Part shown: piece by piece, positions 44,201 through 52,087 of the stretch | Layout: the number at the start of each line of letters is the position of its first letter | How positions within the stretch are numbered: position 1 is the stretch's first letter | Origin: Christensenella sp. UBA3770 | GTDB taxonomy: Bacteria; Bacillota; Clostridia; Christensenellales; CAG-1252 | DNA: 52,087 nt | Reading direction: 5' to 3' | Assembly (NCBI GenBank): GCA_002371075.1 | Contig: DFFS01000080.1 | Coordinates: forward strand, 1-52,087 | Translations under genes and position numbers: made by a program | Notes under the pieces: generated by a model | Database searches by the model: none | Told to the model about the DNA's origin: nothing | Seen by the model: the letters and a program-made list of their open reading frames with translations, nothing else

Positions 44201-47200
44201 CGGGCATCTTTACAATTGGTATGACGTAAAGACCTTTGAGGTCATGCGGCCCAAGGTTGTTTCAACGGTTGATAGCGCAAATTATCTTTGTTGTTTGGCT
44301 GTCGTGGAGGCGTTTGCGAAAGAAGAGGGCAAGAGCGAATTGCAAAACAGAGCGCATGCCGCCATCGAACAGGCGGATTTTCCCGTTTTGTACGACGCAT
44401 CGCAAAAGAGCCTTGCCATCGTTTTGAACACCGAGGAAAATCGTTTGGATGGGCGCTATGATCTGTTGGCGTCGGAGTCGCGCCTTGCATACTATCTTGC
44501 AATATCCAAAGGGCTCGATCCCGAGTGCTATTTTCGTTTGGGAAGAGATTGCACGTCGCTTGAGGGCAACACCCTCCTATCTTGGAGCGGGACCGCTTTT
44601 GAGTATATGCTTCCCCGTATTTTTTTGCTTTCGCCGCTCGGCAGCTTGATCTATGAGCAAGAACTTCGTTCCGGGCATGTGCAACGCAAGGATAAAACGC
44701 AGGGCGTTTTCGGGAGATCGGAATGCGGCTATTACGCTTTTAACGATGCGACGGCGTTTTTGTACAAGGCGGTTGGGTGCCGTGATTTGGCTTTGTCCGG
44801 ACTGACGTCGGACGTGATTGCGCCATATGCTACATTTTTGTATTTGCCGTGTTTCCCCGAGGCGTGTTTGGACAACTTGGAAGCCCTCTCTAAACTTGGC
44901 GCGGAGGGGGAATTCGGGTTTTACGAAGCGGTGGATTTTTGTCACCAAGGCGACCTTGTTAAAAGCTATATGACGCACCATCAGGGAATGTCGCTTGCCG
45001 CCATCACCAATTGCGTTTGCAACGATGAGATCGCGCGACTGTTTTGTTCTTTGCCATGCATCAACGCGGTGCGTATCCTTTTGACGGAAGAGAACGTAAA
45101 CGAACGCAAGCCCAGGTTTATCCCCGCACTGTGCGATAAAAGACCGCCTGCGATCGAGCATATCTCATTTGCCAAAAACGTCCCCGATACCCTTGTCGTC
45201 AGATGCGGAGAATACAGGGCAACGTACGATGCGCTCGGACGAAGCAGCGCTTCTCTCGGTGAATTCGGATTGACAAAGAACTTAGATTATTCTTTTGAGT
45301 ATGGCGGGTTGTTTTTGCAGATCAAAGAAAACGGTAAGATCACCTCGCCTTGCTTTTACCCTTTAGCCAACAAGGATTGTTACGCCGTTTTTCGATCTGA
45401 TTCCGTCAAATACGTTGATCCGCAAAACAACGTGACGGTGGAGGTTACCCCGCTTAACGGATATCAAGGAGAAATAAGGAAGATCACCTTTGAAAACCCG
45501 TCAGAACAAGCGCGGGAATTGACCCTTTCCGCCTATTGCGATATGATGCTTAACCGCAAGGACGCTTATGATTCGCATCCGGCGTTTTCCGATATGTTCG
45601 TCCGTGCCGAGTACGAGGATTGCACAGAGTCCCAGTATTTGATCAGAACCGACCTCAATTGCAAGACGGCAGTCGCTGCTTCCCTTTGCGTGAAGGGACT
45701 TTGTGACAGCAAGGTCAATTGCAATTCATACAACGTCATCGGACGAAAGGGGAGCGCGCAAAGTGATTTCGATCAAGGCGTCAACACGATTTCGGCGCCA
45801 TCCCTCGGGGACGTTTTGTACCCATGTTTTGGCGTTTCGGGTAGAGTGACGGTCCCTCCGCACGGCAAGCAGACGGTTTATTTGTGTCTACTTGCGGATA
45901 AGGACCTTTCGGCGCTTAAGGATCGCAACAAAAAAATCGATCTTGCTTATCGATCGGGGGCGATCGAGCTACTTGGACGATCTGACGCCGAACAGACGGA
46001 AGATCTTCCGTTTTTGTTAAAGATCACGGGCGAATTGATCTATGGCAGAACGCCGCAAAGTGTCCTGCGCGCTCGCCTTGCCGGAACAAACGAATTGGCT
46101 GCTTACGGCGTTGCCTACAATGAGGACTTATTGTTTTTCGACTGTGCCGAAGAACCGGACAGACAAAAACTTGCGGCGATGATGCGCGTTTCAAAGACCC
46201 TTCGTGAAAACGGCGTCCCTTGCAGAACCTTTGTGATATGCGACAACTTGGCGGGCGCCGGGATGGACGCGTTGGATTCCGCCATCAAATTCGTTTCGGG
46301 ATATGACGATAAGGCAATTGTTTTGGAAAGAGGGCAAGGCGGGATGTTTCGAGCCATGGCAAAGGTGATCCTTTCCGCGCCGCTTGAAGAAAAGGGCGAA
46401 ATATCTTATCCGTCCTATGTCCTTCCCGAGGAGGACGCGGGGCGAGATGTTTTGTTGCCGTGCGGAGAGGGCGGATTTACCAAAGCAGGGTATAAGGTGA
46501 CCCCATTTGAAAAACAAACGATGCTCCCGTACGCAAACGTGGTCGGCGGCAAAGAGGGTGGGTTTGTTTTGACCGAAAGCGGCGGAGGTTTTACCTTTGG
46601 TAAAAATGCAAGGGAGGATAAACTTACCGTTTGGACGGGTGACGCCGTGCGTGACATTTCCACGGAGAGAGTCGTGCTGTCCGTCAACGGAAAGGATTAT
46701 TTGTTAAATCAAAACCATTGCGAGCACTTAACGGGGGCAAGTGTCTTTACGCACAAGATCCTCGGGGCAACGGTCAGATTGTCGGTTTCTCTGTTTAACA
46801 ACGGAAAGAGTAAGCTGTACGAGATCTTTTTGACAGAGCAGATCAAGAACGCGCGGTTAGCGCTTTGTTTGATCCCCGCCCTTGGTTGGCGGTTTGATGA
46901 AAAGACCTTCGTTAAAAAAGTCGACCGCGGTTATGAGCTGATCGGTGCGAGCGGAAAGAGTGCTTACGTCTATTCGCTTGACGGAGAGGTGGATGCAGTT
47001 GTCCCCCAAACAAAGGCGGGAACCGTTGATTTTGCGTTAAATACGCAACCCTCAAAAAGGCAATATCGTTTTGTTCTTTCTTCGGTGGCTCCTTTTGAAA
47101 TAAGTGAATCCGAACTTGCGTCGTCAAAGGCAAAATGCGTCTCGATATCATCGTCAAACGCAGTGACCGTCCAAACCCAAGACGTCTTTTTGAACATCTT

Positions 47201-48596
47201 AAACAACGCGGCTCTACCGTATCAATTTACCGGCGCGCGACTACTGGCAAAAACGGGGTTTTATCAGTGTAGTGGGGCGTATGGATTTCGCGACCAATTG
47301 CAAGACGTTCTCGGAATGTTGTTATCCGACCCCGAAAAGGTCAAGGAGCACATTTTGCTTGCCGCGGCGCATCAGTACGAGGAGGGCGACGTTCAGCACT
47401 GGTGGCACCCACCGAAAACGGGCGTTCGCACGCGCATCTCCGACGATCGGTTGTGGCTCGTTTACGTGACGGAGCGTTATTTGGAGGTCACGGACGATCT
47501 GTTGATCTTGGATCAGCCCATTCCGTTTTTATCCTCGCCGATCCTTGCGGAAAGCGAACTCAGTCGTTATGAAGTCCCGCGAGACGGAGAAACGGCAAGT
47601 TTGCGGGAGCACTTGCTTCGTGCGATACGCATCTCCCTCCAACACGGTGAACACGGGCTGCTCAAAATGGGCACGGGCGATTGGAACGACGGGTTGGATC
47701 GCGTCGGCGCAAAAGGTCGGGGAGAAAGCGTTTGGCTTACGATGTTTGCGTATAAAGTTATCAAAGACTCTTTGATTTTCTTTGGCGAAAACGTCCGCGC
47801 GGAGTTAAATCATGATGCGGAAAAACTATCCAAAGCACTCTTGCCGCTTATAAAGGACGGCAGATATCCCCTTGCGTTCGCGGATGACGGCAAGTGGCTC
47901 GGCACCGCCGACGGGCAAGCGTGCAGGCTTGCTTTAAACACGCAAACTTGGGCGGTCTTGTCCGGCGCAGTGCCAAAAGATGACGCAAAACGAGCGCTTT
48001 GTAAAGCCAAAGCACTTGTCGACAAGGATCTCGGTATCGTCAAGCTTTCGGCGCCGCCCTTTGACAAACATGCCGATTACGGCTATGTCGCGGCATACCC
48101 GAAAGGCGTCAGAGAAAACGGGGGACAATACACGCACGCGGCTGTTTGGTATTTGAAAGCGCTGCTTGAATCGGGGGAAGCCGATCAGGCGTATCGTGTG
48201 CTCACGAACCTAAACCCGATGTATCGTTGCCAAACCGAAGAGGGTGCAAAACAATATCTGGCGGAGCCGTATGTTCTTGCTGCGGATATTTATGCTTCCG
48301 AGCAGTATCAAGGTCGCGCCGGTTGGACATGGTATACCGGTAGCGCCGCCTGGCTTAAATACGTGCTTACGGAGGATTTTTTCGGGATAAAAAAGCGTGG
48401 ATCGCGGCTTTACGTTGCGCCCACGTTCCCGTCTTTCTTCACGGAGGTTTCCGCATCGGTTAGGCTCGGGGACCGCACGATCAACATCCATTATCAAAAG
48501 GGGGAAAAGAAAGGGCTGTTCGCCGAGAAAGAGCGCTTGGAATACTACGATCTTCTAAAAGAAGAAAAAGAGGTTACTTTGCTTTGCGTGTTTTGA
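41274..48596 (+). CDS. Cyclic beta-1,2-glucan synthase-like giant multidomain protein (GT84-like glycosyltransferase, TM helices, cyclization-like alpha/alpha domain, GH94-like phosphorylase domain)
   Basis: 2440-aa uninterrupted ORF. GT-A type DDD at aa 548-550 (nt 42915-42923) and RTARWQRGD at aa 681-686 (nt 43314-43331). TM pairs lie at about aa 352-400 and 715-885. TSPTNLG (nt 44067-44087) and HLYNWYD (nt 44208-44225) follow. GH94-like GDWNDGLD sits at aa 2135-2142 (nt 47676-47699) and GGQYTHAAVW near nt 48120-48150. No convincing SD or promoter precedes the start, so the start is uncertain. Confidence 0.8.
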   Translation: MIFFVAKTILKLLAKLSSKNKYEFAFDMSDEDAVRNIEYLAHSLRKTVKTGVGVPVFPIKLAIKQCQNVLMKKKKAGRKLYDFEAWLFDNYRLLSGSLQDIDFKAFTLIPHVDGVPRIVVLADFIVKYSAGKVSQERVRRVVEAFNAVTPLTYGEIVLLKDAIAYRLLVEISYFAERSLHYYASYLKAKKSVFSITNRKSDSYLTYFAELHRNERVMGVDQAEFQTAALGFDNLLADNALLTSSYVNSLRSLGAKLTDGFMVSLSVAGAVYQKESSYRDMSDKAKNDYLLKTSECAVKNDVSEQVLAGACLSLADVLDVHFGEILFYYPKALAKFVKTGIAEPLRNEKSKVQGFYAFLVLAISLLIAAFPAYYLRNVFAYVAVLPLFIAVLHPVEYLLKRFYAMRLKSKPLLQMDYRRLPQSCATVVVTSRFIGGEKDADDALFQAETLAASESDPAVRFVVLADLPASDTEWGENDQALLDYLQRVPRSPRVAVFLRKRTRNGNKWRGYERKRGAILDAFSAMRDENYEKFYVIGTAPTAEYAILLDDDSELMPGTIRSAILAMAHPLNAEYDLMSFGGRVNRFSVKTHYGLRFLRGCGAEAYPFYSDFYADAFDCALYCGKAIVRIRPYLEKLKDFFQDGRILSHDIIEGAVLRSTSLKRCVYEDAPATFAGDYRRTARWQRGDVQLLPYAFCNKVKTKSGKRVNNPISPIYKLIIFINGMTVLRDFMTLFVVLLAFFSGNLFLLYYALSCHLFAKVYTLVTALRTVFTNVRFSHAVRGVVLQTELLAEELFLLPFRALCGLYLFFVTSFKMVVRSDSLLDWTPFRNTQQAGGTEEGARLLLPTGIALTALAILSGSMAITIYVVLFFFFAFYLLLSGKSVKTKSLSEKQTHKLKAYAAKIYSYFSEIDGVGLITDNLQLFPYPIKAKMTSPTNLGFALLAEICAYKLGLIDKETAFFNISAELDKVDKLEKYAGHLYNWYDVKTFEVMRPKVVSTVDSANYLCCLAVVEAFAKEEGKSELQNRAHAAIEQADFPVLYDASQKSLAIVLNTEENRLDGRYDLLASESRLAYYLAISKGLDPECYFRLGRDCTSLEGNTLLSWSGTAFEYMLPRIFLLSPLGSLIYEQELRSGHVQRKDKTQGVFGRSECGYYAFNDATAFLYKAVGCRDLALSGLTSDVIAPYATFLYLPCFPEACLDNLEALSKLGAEGEFGFYEAVDFCHQGDLVKSYMTHHQGMSLAAITNCVCNDEIARLFCSLPCINAVRILLTEENVNERKPRFIPALCDKRPPAIEHISFAKNVPDTLVVRCGEYRATYDALGRSSASLGEFGLTKNLDYSFEYGGLFLQIKENGKITSPCFYPLANKDCYAVFRSDSVKYVDPQNNVTVEVTPLNGYQGEIRKITFENPSEQARELTLSAYCDMMLNRKDAYDSHPAFSDMFVRAEYEDCTESQYLIRTDLNCKTAVAASLCVKGLCDSKVNCNSYNVIGRKGSAQSDFDQGVNTISAPSLGDVLYPCFGVSGRVTVPPHGKQTVYLCLLADKDLSALKDRNKKIDLAYRSGAIELLGRSDAEQTEDLPFLLKITGELIYGRTPQSVLRARLAGTNELAAYGVAYNEDLLFFDCAEEPDRQKLAAMMRVSKTLRENGVPCRTFVICDNLAGAGMDALDSAIKFVSGYDDKAIVLERGQGGMFRAMAKVILSAPLEEKGEISYPSYVLPEEDAGRDVLLPCGEGGFTKAGYKVTPFEKQTMLPYANVVGGKEGGFVLTESGGGFTFGKNAREDKLTVWTGDAVRDISTERVVLSVNGKDYLLNQNHCEHLTGASVFTHKILGATVRLSVSLFNNGKSKLYEIFLTEQIKNARLALCLIPALGWRFDEKTFVKKVDRGYELIGASGKSAYVYSLDGEVDAVVPQTKAGTVDFALNTQPSKRQYRFVLSSVAPFEISESELASSKAKCVSISSSNAVTVQTQDVFLNILNNAALPYQFTGARLLAKTGFYQCSGAYGFRDQLQDVLGMLLSDPEKVKEHILLAAAHQYEEGDVQHWWHPPKTGVRTRISDDRLWLVYVTERYLEVTDDLLILDQPIPFLSSPILAESELSRYEVPRDGETASLREHLLRAIRISLQHGEHGLLKMGTGDWNDGLDRVGAKGRGESVWLTMFAYKVIKDSLIFFGENVRAELNHDAEKLSKALLPLIKDGRYPLAFADDGKWLGTADGQACRLALNTQTWAVLSGAVPKDDAKRALCKAKALVDKDLGIVKLSAPPFDKHADYGYVAAYPKGVRENGGQYTHAAVWYLKALLESGEADQAYRVLTNLNPMYRCQTEEGAKQYLAEPYVLAADIYASEQYQGRAGWTWYTGSAAWLKYVLTEDFFGIKKRGSRLYVAPTFPSFFTEVSASVRLGDRTINIHYQKGEKKGLFAEKERLEYYDLLKEEKEVTLLCVF

Positions 48597-48604
48597 TGAT
48601 TTCC

Positions 48605-48633
48605 TTGATATGGAGGCAAAAATGTGGTATCAT
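48605..48633 (+). promoter_or_regulatory. Sigma-A-type promoter of rarA (TTGATA-17-TGgTATCAT); the -10 ends 6 nt before ATG 48640
   Basis: TTGATA 48605-48610, 17-nt spacer ending in TGG, TATCAT 48628-48633, CAATAT, then ATG 48640. Confidence 0.6.
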
Positions 48634-48639
48634 CAATAT

Positions 48640-49932
48640 ATGGATCTTTTTGATTATACCGAAAACGCAGATAAAGTCAAACCCCTTGCGGAGCGTATGC
48701 GTCCCCGCTCTTTGGATGAGTTCATCGGACAAAAACATATCGTCGGCGAGGGTATGCTTCTTCGTCGCGCTATCAGCGCGGATCGTTTGGGCAGTTGCAT
48801 CTTTTACGGTGTGCCCGGCTCGGGCAAAACCAGTTTGGCAAACATCATTGCAGAAACGACAAAATCGCATTTTGAAAAGCTCAACGCGGTGTCCAGCGGC
48901 GTTGCCGATGCAAAAAAGGTCATCGACGAGGCGCGTACGCGTCTTAAAATGTACGGCACGCGCACCTATTTGCTCCTTGACGAGTGTCATAGGTGGAACA
49001 AAGCTCAGTCGGACTGTATGCTCTCCGCCATCGAAGAGGGCGTCATCACTTTTATCGGTTCCACAACGGAGAATCCCTTTATTTCGATGACGAAAGCCAT
49101 CGTTTCCCGTTGTCGTTTGTTTGAGTTTAAGCCGCTTTCTTCCGATGAGATCGTCGGCGCCCTGCGCAAGTCTCTATCCGATGAGCGCGGGTTAAAGGCG
49201 TATAACGTCGTTTGCGATGACGACGTTCTACGGCATTTCGCTTACGCTTCGGACGGTGATCTTCGTATTGCGTACAACAGTTTGGAACTTGCCGTTATCA
49301 CCACGCCGCCCGATCAAAACGGTGTGATCACCCTCACAAAGGAGATCGCGTCGCAGTCGGTACAAAAAAAATATCTTTCCATTGACGAAAGCACTTATTA
49401 CGACATGATCTCCGCCTTTTGCAAGTCTCTACGCGGCAGCGACAGCGATGCCGCCGTTTATTGGATGGAAAGGTTGATCTCGTCCGGTTGCGATCCGATG
49501 CTGATCTGCCGCAGGCTGGTCGTGCATTCCGCCGAGGACGTTGGTATGGCTGATCCTTATGCCTTGACGATTGCCGTTTCTGCTATGACCGCAATGCAAA
49601 ACATCGGTCTGCCGGAGGGGCGCATTCCTCTTACGGAAGCCATCATTTACGTCTGCGAAGCATCCAAGAGTAATTCCGTTGTCGGCGCGTTATATTCTGC
49701 GCACGACGCGGTGGAAAAGACGTACGGCGACATCGTGCCCAAGCATCTAAAGGACGCAAATTACAAGCAGGAAAAGGTTGAGGGTTATAAGTATCCGCAT
49801 TCGTACGGCGGGTGGGTCGAGCAGCAGTATCTGCCCGACGCTATCAAGGACGAAACCTTTTACCATCCGTCGGAAAACGGTTGTGAGAAAAACCTCGTTC
49901 GCGCAAAGGTCGTTCGCCACAACAAAGGTTGA
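48640..49932 (+). CDS. rarA: Replication-associated recombination protein A (MgsA/RarA AAA+ ATPase)
   Basis: PLAERMRPRSLDEFIGQKH, Walker A GVPGSGKTS, Walker B LLLDECHRW, and the MgsA C-terminal domain (AAVYWMERLISSGCDP). ATG 48640 (MDLFDY...) is preferred to ORF-track 48610 because 48610-48633 is the promoter. Confidence 0.92.
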   Translation: MDLFDYTENADKVKPLAERMRPRSLDEFIGQKHIVGEGMLLRRAISADRLGSCIFYGVPGSGKTSLANIIAETTKSHFEKLNAVSSGVADAKKVIDEARTRLKMYGTRTYLLLDECHRWNKAQSDCMLSAIEEGVITFIGSTTENPFISMTKAIVSRCRLFEFKPLSSDEIVGALRKSLSDERGLKAYNVVCDDDVLRHFAYASDGDLRIAYNSLELAVITTPPDQNGVITLTKEIASQSVQKKYLSIDESTYYDMISAFCKSLRGSDSDAAVYWMERLISSGCDPMLICRRLVVHSAEDVGMADPYALTIAVSAMTAMQNIGLPEGRIPLTEAIIYVCEASKSNSVVGALYSAHDAVEKTYGDIVPKHLKDANYKQEKVEGYKYPHSYGGWVEQQYLPDAIKDETFYHPSENGCEKNLVRAKVVRHNKG

Positions 49933-49937
49933 TTAAG

Positions 49938-49966
49938 TTGCCGATCAAGGGGTTTTGTGATATAGT
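49938..49966 (+). promoter_or_regulatory. Sigma-A-type promoter of ruvX (TTGCCG-17-TGaTATAGT); the -10 ends 6 nt before the ATG
   Basis: TTGCCG 49938-49943, 17-nt spacer ending in TGA, TATAGT 49961-49966, TTCGTT, then ATG 49973. Confidence 0.6.
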
Positions 49967-49972
49967 TTCGTT

Positions 49973-50377
49973 ATGAGGATTTTGTGTTTGGACATCGGCA
50001 AGGTTCGCATCGGCGTAGCCATCAGCGATGCGCTCGGCATCAGCACGAACGGCATCGAGACGCACCTTTCCAAAGGGGACAAAGCGGACGCGGCTTACTT
50101 TACGCAAATGGCTTTGTCGCGTGGTGCGGAGATGATCCTTTTGGGGTTGCCGCTCAACATGGACGACACGGAGGGGGAGCGCGCGGAGAAAGTGCGCGCC
50201 TTTGGCGCTTTACTTAAGGAGCAATCGGGGCTTCCCGTCGAGTACGAGGACGAAAGGTTGTCCACCGTTGAAGCGGAGGAAATGCTGATCGAAGCAGGGC
50301 TCTCACGCGAGGAACGGAAAAAAGTGATAGACAAAGTTTCGGCGGAGATCATTCTTCGCAGATATTTGAATAAATAG
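49973..50377 (+). CDS. ruvX: Putative pre-16S rRNA nuclease / Holliday junction resolvase-like YqgF (RuvX)
   Basis: MRILCLDIGKVRIGVAISD, GLPLNMDDTEG, DERLSTVEAE and VIDKVSAEIILRRYL are YqgF hallmarks. Confidence 0.93.
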   Translation: MRILCLDIGKVRIGVAISDALGISTNGIETHLSKGDKADAAYFTQMALSRGAEMILLGLPLNMDDTEGERAEKVRAFGALLKEQSGLPVEYEDERLSTVEAEEMLIEAGLSREERKKVIDKVSAEIILRRYLNK

Positions 50378-50387
50378 TGAGGTTATT

Positions 50388-50711
50388 ATGAAAGATTTTG
50401 AAAATGAAGATATGGATATGATCACGTTGACCGACGAAGACGGCAACGAGGTGCAGTGCGAGTTTTTGGACACCGTCGAAATGAACGACAAGCTCTATTG
50501 TGTCGTTGAGCCTATCGTCGGCAGCGAGGACTACGAAGAGGGCAGCTGTTACATCTTCAACATCGCCGAAAACGACGACGGAACGGTGGACCTTACCCCC
50601 ATTGAGGACGAGAAGGAGCTTGACGCTGTTTTCCAAAAATTCCTTGAAAACAACGCCGGCGATTGCTCGGGGGATTGCTCCGGCTGCGCGGGTTGCGAGG
50701 ATAAAAAATAA
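50388..50711 (+). CDS. DUF1292-family protein (YrzB-like)
   Basis: ITLTDEDGNEVQCEFLDTVEMNDKLYCVVEPI is typical of DUF1292, and it follows ruvX as in Bacillus yrrK-yrzB. It carries an unusual Cys-rich tail, GDCSGDCSGCAGCEDKK. Confidence 0.8.
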   Translation: MKDFENEDMDMITLTDEDGNEVQCEFLDTVEMNDKLYCVVEPIVGSEDYEEGSCYIFNIAENDDGTVDLTPIEDEKELDAVFQKFLENNAGDCSGDCSGCAGCEDKK

Positions 50712-50871
50712 TAAATATAAATATTTATGTGAAAATCCGTTGCCAAACGGTTTTTCCGTATGATATCATAAAAAAGCTAAAAAAGCACCGTGGACGAGAT
50801 CGTACTGTTGCTCATTTGAGTTGTGGCGGTCGTAGAATTCGCGGGAAGAAAAAACAGGAGGATTTTTTGTT

Positions 50872-51657
50872 ATGTCAGTCATCACCATGAAACAACTTTT
50901 GGAAGCCGGCGTCCATTTCGGTCACCGCACTTGCCACTGGAACCCCAAAATGAGCAAGTATATTTATACTGCTCGTAACGGCGTTCACATCATCGACCTT
51001 GAAAAAACCGTCGTTGAGATCGAAAAGGCTTACGCCTTTGTCCGCGACGAGGTCAAGATGGGCAAGACCGTTCTTTTCGTCGGCACCAAGAAACAGGCGC
51101 AGGATGCCATCAAGGAGGAAGCGGAGCGCTGCTCCATGTACTTCATCAACCAAAGATGGCTTGGCGGTACGCTTACCAACTTTAAGACCATCCGCACCCG
51201 CATCGATCGCTTGAACAAGCTCAACCAAATGGAGCAGCTCGGCGAGTTTGATCTTCTTCCCAAAAAGGAAGTCGGTCTGCTGTTGAAAGAGCGCGATCTT
51301 TTGGAAAAGAACCTCGGCGGCATCAAGAATATGCGTCAGCTTCCCGATCTTTTGTTTGTCGTAGACGTTGACAAAGAGCATCTTGCCGTTGACGAGGCGG
51401 TCAAGCTTGGCATTCCCGTCGTGGCGCTTGTTGATACCAAGTGCAACCCCGACAACATCACCTGCGTGATCCCGGGCAACGACGATGCTATCCGTGCCGT
51501 GAAGCTCATTGCGTCCACCATCGCAAACGCAGTCATCGAGGCAAAGGAAGGCGTTGAGTTCAGCGTTTCCGACGAGGACGAGGCGGAGGACACTGCAGCG
51601 GAAGTTGCGGAGAGCGCAGAGGAGGCTCCCGCCGAGGCGGCTGCCGATCAAGAATAA
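50872..51657 (+). CDS. rpsB: 30S ribosomal protein S2
   Basis: [31 protein letters not shown], and an acidic C-terminal tail. AGGAGG SD upstream. Confidence 0.98.
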   Translation: MSVITMKQLLEAGVHFGHRTCHWNPKMSKYIYTARNGVHIIDLEKTVVEIEKAYAFVRDEVKMGKTVLFVGTKKQAQDAIKEEAERCSMYFINQRWLGGTLTNFKTIRTRIDRLNKLNQMEQLGEFDLLPKKEVGLLLKERDLLEKNLGGIKNMRQLPDLLFVVDVDKEHLAVDEAVKLGIPVVALVDTKCNPDNITCVIPGNDDAIRAVKLIASTIANAVIEAKEGVEFSVSDEDEAEDTAAEVAESAEEAPAEAAADQE

Positions 51658-51671
51658 TCGGAGGTAGAACG

Positions 51672-52087
51672 ATGTTTACAGCAAGTGATGTTAAAGAACT
51701 CAGAGAAAAGACCGGCGTCGGCATGATGGATTGCAAAAAGGCTCTTACCGAAGCCGACGGCGATATGGAAAAAGCCATCGAGATCCTTCGCGAGAAGGGC
51801 ATGGCTACCGCTGCTAAAAAGGCTTCCAGGATCGCAGCCGAGGGCGTTGTCGCCGCTTGCATCAACGGCAATGTCGGCGCGCTTGTCGAAGTCAACTGTG
51901 AAACCGATTTCGTCGCAAAGGGCGACGCATATCAGGCATTTGTCGCGGATATCGCTTCTTACGTTGTCAACAACGAAGTTGCCGACATCAACGCACTTGT
52001 CGAGGCAAAGCAAAGCGCCGTGATCGAGGCAACCGCCAAGATCGGTGAGAAGATCTCTCTTCGCCGCTTTGTGAAGTACACCTCCGA
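51672..52087 (+). CDS. tsf: Elongation factor Ts, 5' part (runs off the right edge)
   Basis: Translation from ATG 51672 gives [43 protein letters not shown]..., the UBA-like EF-Ts N-terminus. GGAGGT SD upstream. It follows rpsB. It is absent from the ORF track because no stop codon lies in the window. Confidence 0.95.
   Translation, partial: MFTASDVKELREKTGVGMMDCKKALTEADGDMEKAIEILREKGMATAAKKASRIAAEGVVAACINGNVGALVEVNCETDFVAKGDAYQAFVADIASYVVNNEVADINALVEAKQSAVIEATAKIGEKISLRRFVKYTS

Noticed and set aside
50712-50871. Structured regulatory leader or sRNA in the 160-nt region upstream of rpsB
   Set aside because: Only a weak hairpin (CCGTT/AACGG at about 50737-50752) and a poor promoter (TTGCTC-19-TAGAAT) were seen. 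I could not fold a convincing conserved structure by eye.
1-52087. Mobile elements, prophage genes, CRISPR arrays, tRNA or rRNA genes, and toxin-antitoxin or defence islands
   Set aside because: Nothing of the kind is visible. Intergenic spacers are short, and every long ORF is assignable to housekeeping, division or sporulation functions or to the few hypotheticals listed.

Overview
This 52-kb window is core chromosome from an endospore-forming Firmicute, Clostridia-like and about 50% GC by eye. It is densely packed with housekeeping genes, nearly all on the + strand.

Gene order:
- a truncated DivIVA-domain gene (-), a class-V cysteine desulfurase (-) and a DUF3343 gene
- nth-obg-yhbY and a 4-TM membrane protein (-)
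- a fused nadD::yqeK, rsfS and a small secreted protein
- ygiQ, a PdaB-like deacetylase and a tandem-OB SSB-like protein
- yggS-sepF-lspA-rluD, then rqcH (-)
- tig-clpP-clpX-lon-engB, a Cys-framed hypothetical and a metallophosphoesterase
- a full dcw cluster: mraZ, rsmH, an FtsL-slot protein, a class-B PBP, murE, mraY, murD, ftsW, murA, ftsQ, ftsA, ftsZ
- spoIIGA-sigE-sigG directly downstream, then ylmC/ymxH, nrdR, a RluA-family synthase and an intact pro-sigK
- RNase P RNA (-)
- a 2440-aa cyclic-beta-1,2-glucan-synthase-like giant
- rarA, ruvX, DUF1292, rpsB and the 5' part of tsf

I saw no tRNA, rRNA, CRISPR, transposase or phage genes.

Most noteworthy observations:
1. The Cgs/NdvB-like giant has a GT84-like domain, a cyclization-like domain and a GH94-like domain, plus about 6 TM helices. 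It sits in a Gram-positive spore former with no exporter gene next to it.
2. At least six operon heads share one architecture: a near-consensus sigma-A promoter whose -10 box ends 6-7 nt before an ATG, with no Shine-Dalgarno. These are leaderless-mRNA candidates, and the pattern also changes the start calls for rarA and mraZ.
3. A tandem pair of NrdR boxes, one a perfect 14-bp palindrome, lies upstream of the dcw operon. The same 12-mer sits over the nrdR promoter.
4. MraZ-type GTGG repeats with 10-11 bp phasing overlap the dcw promoter, and an inverted set lies about 100 bp upstream.

Everything is read by eye from the sequence. No database searches were run.
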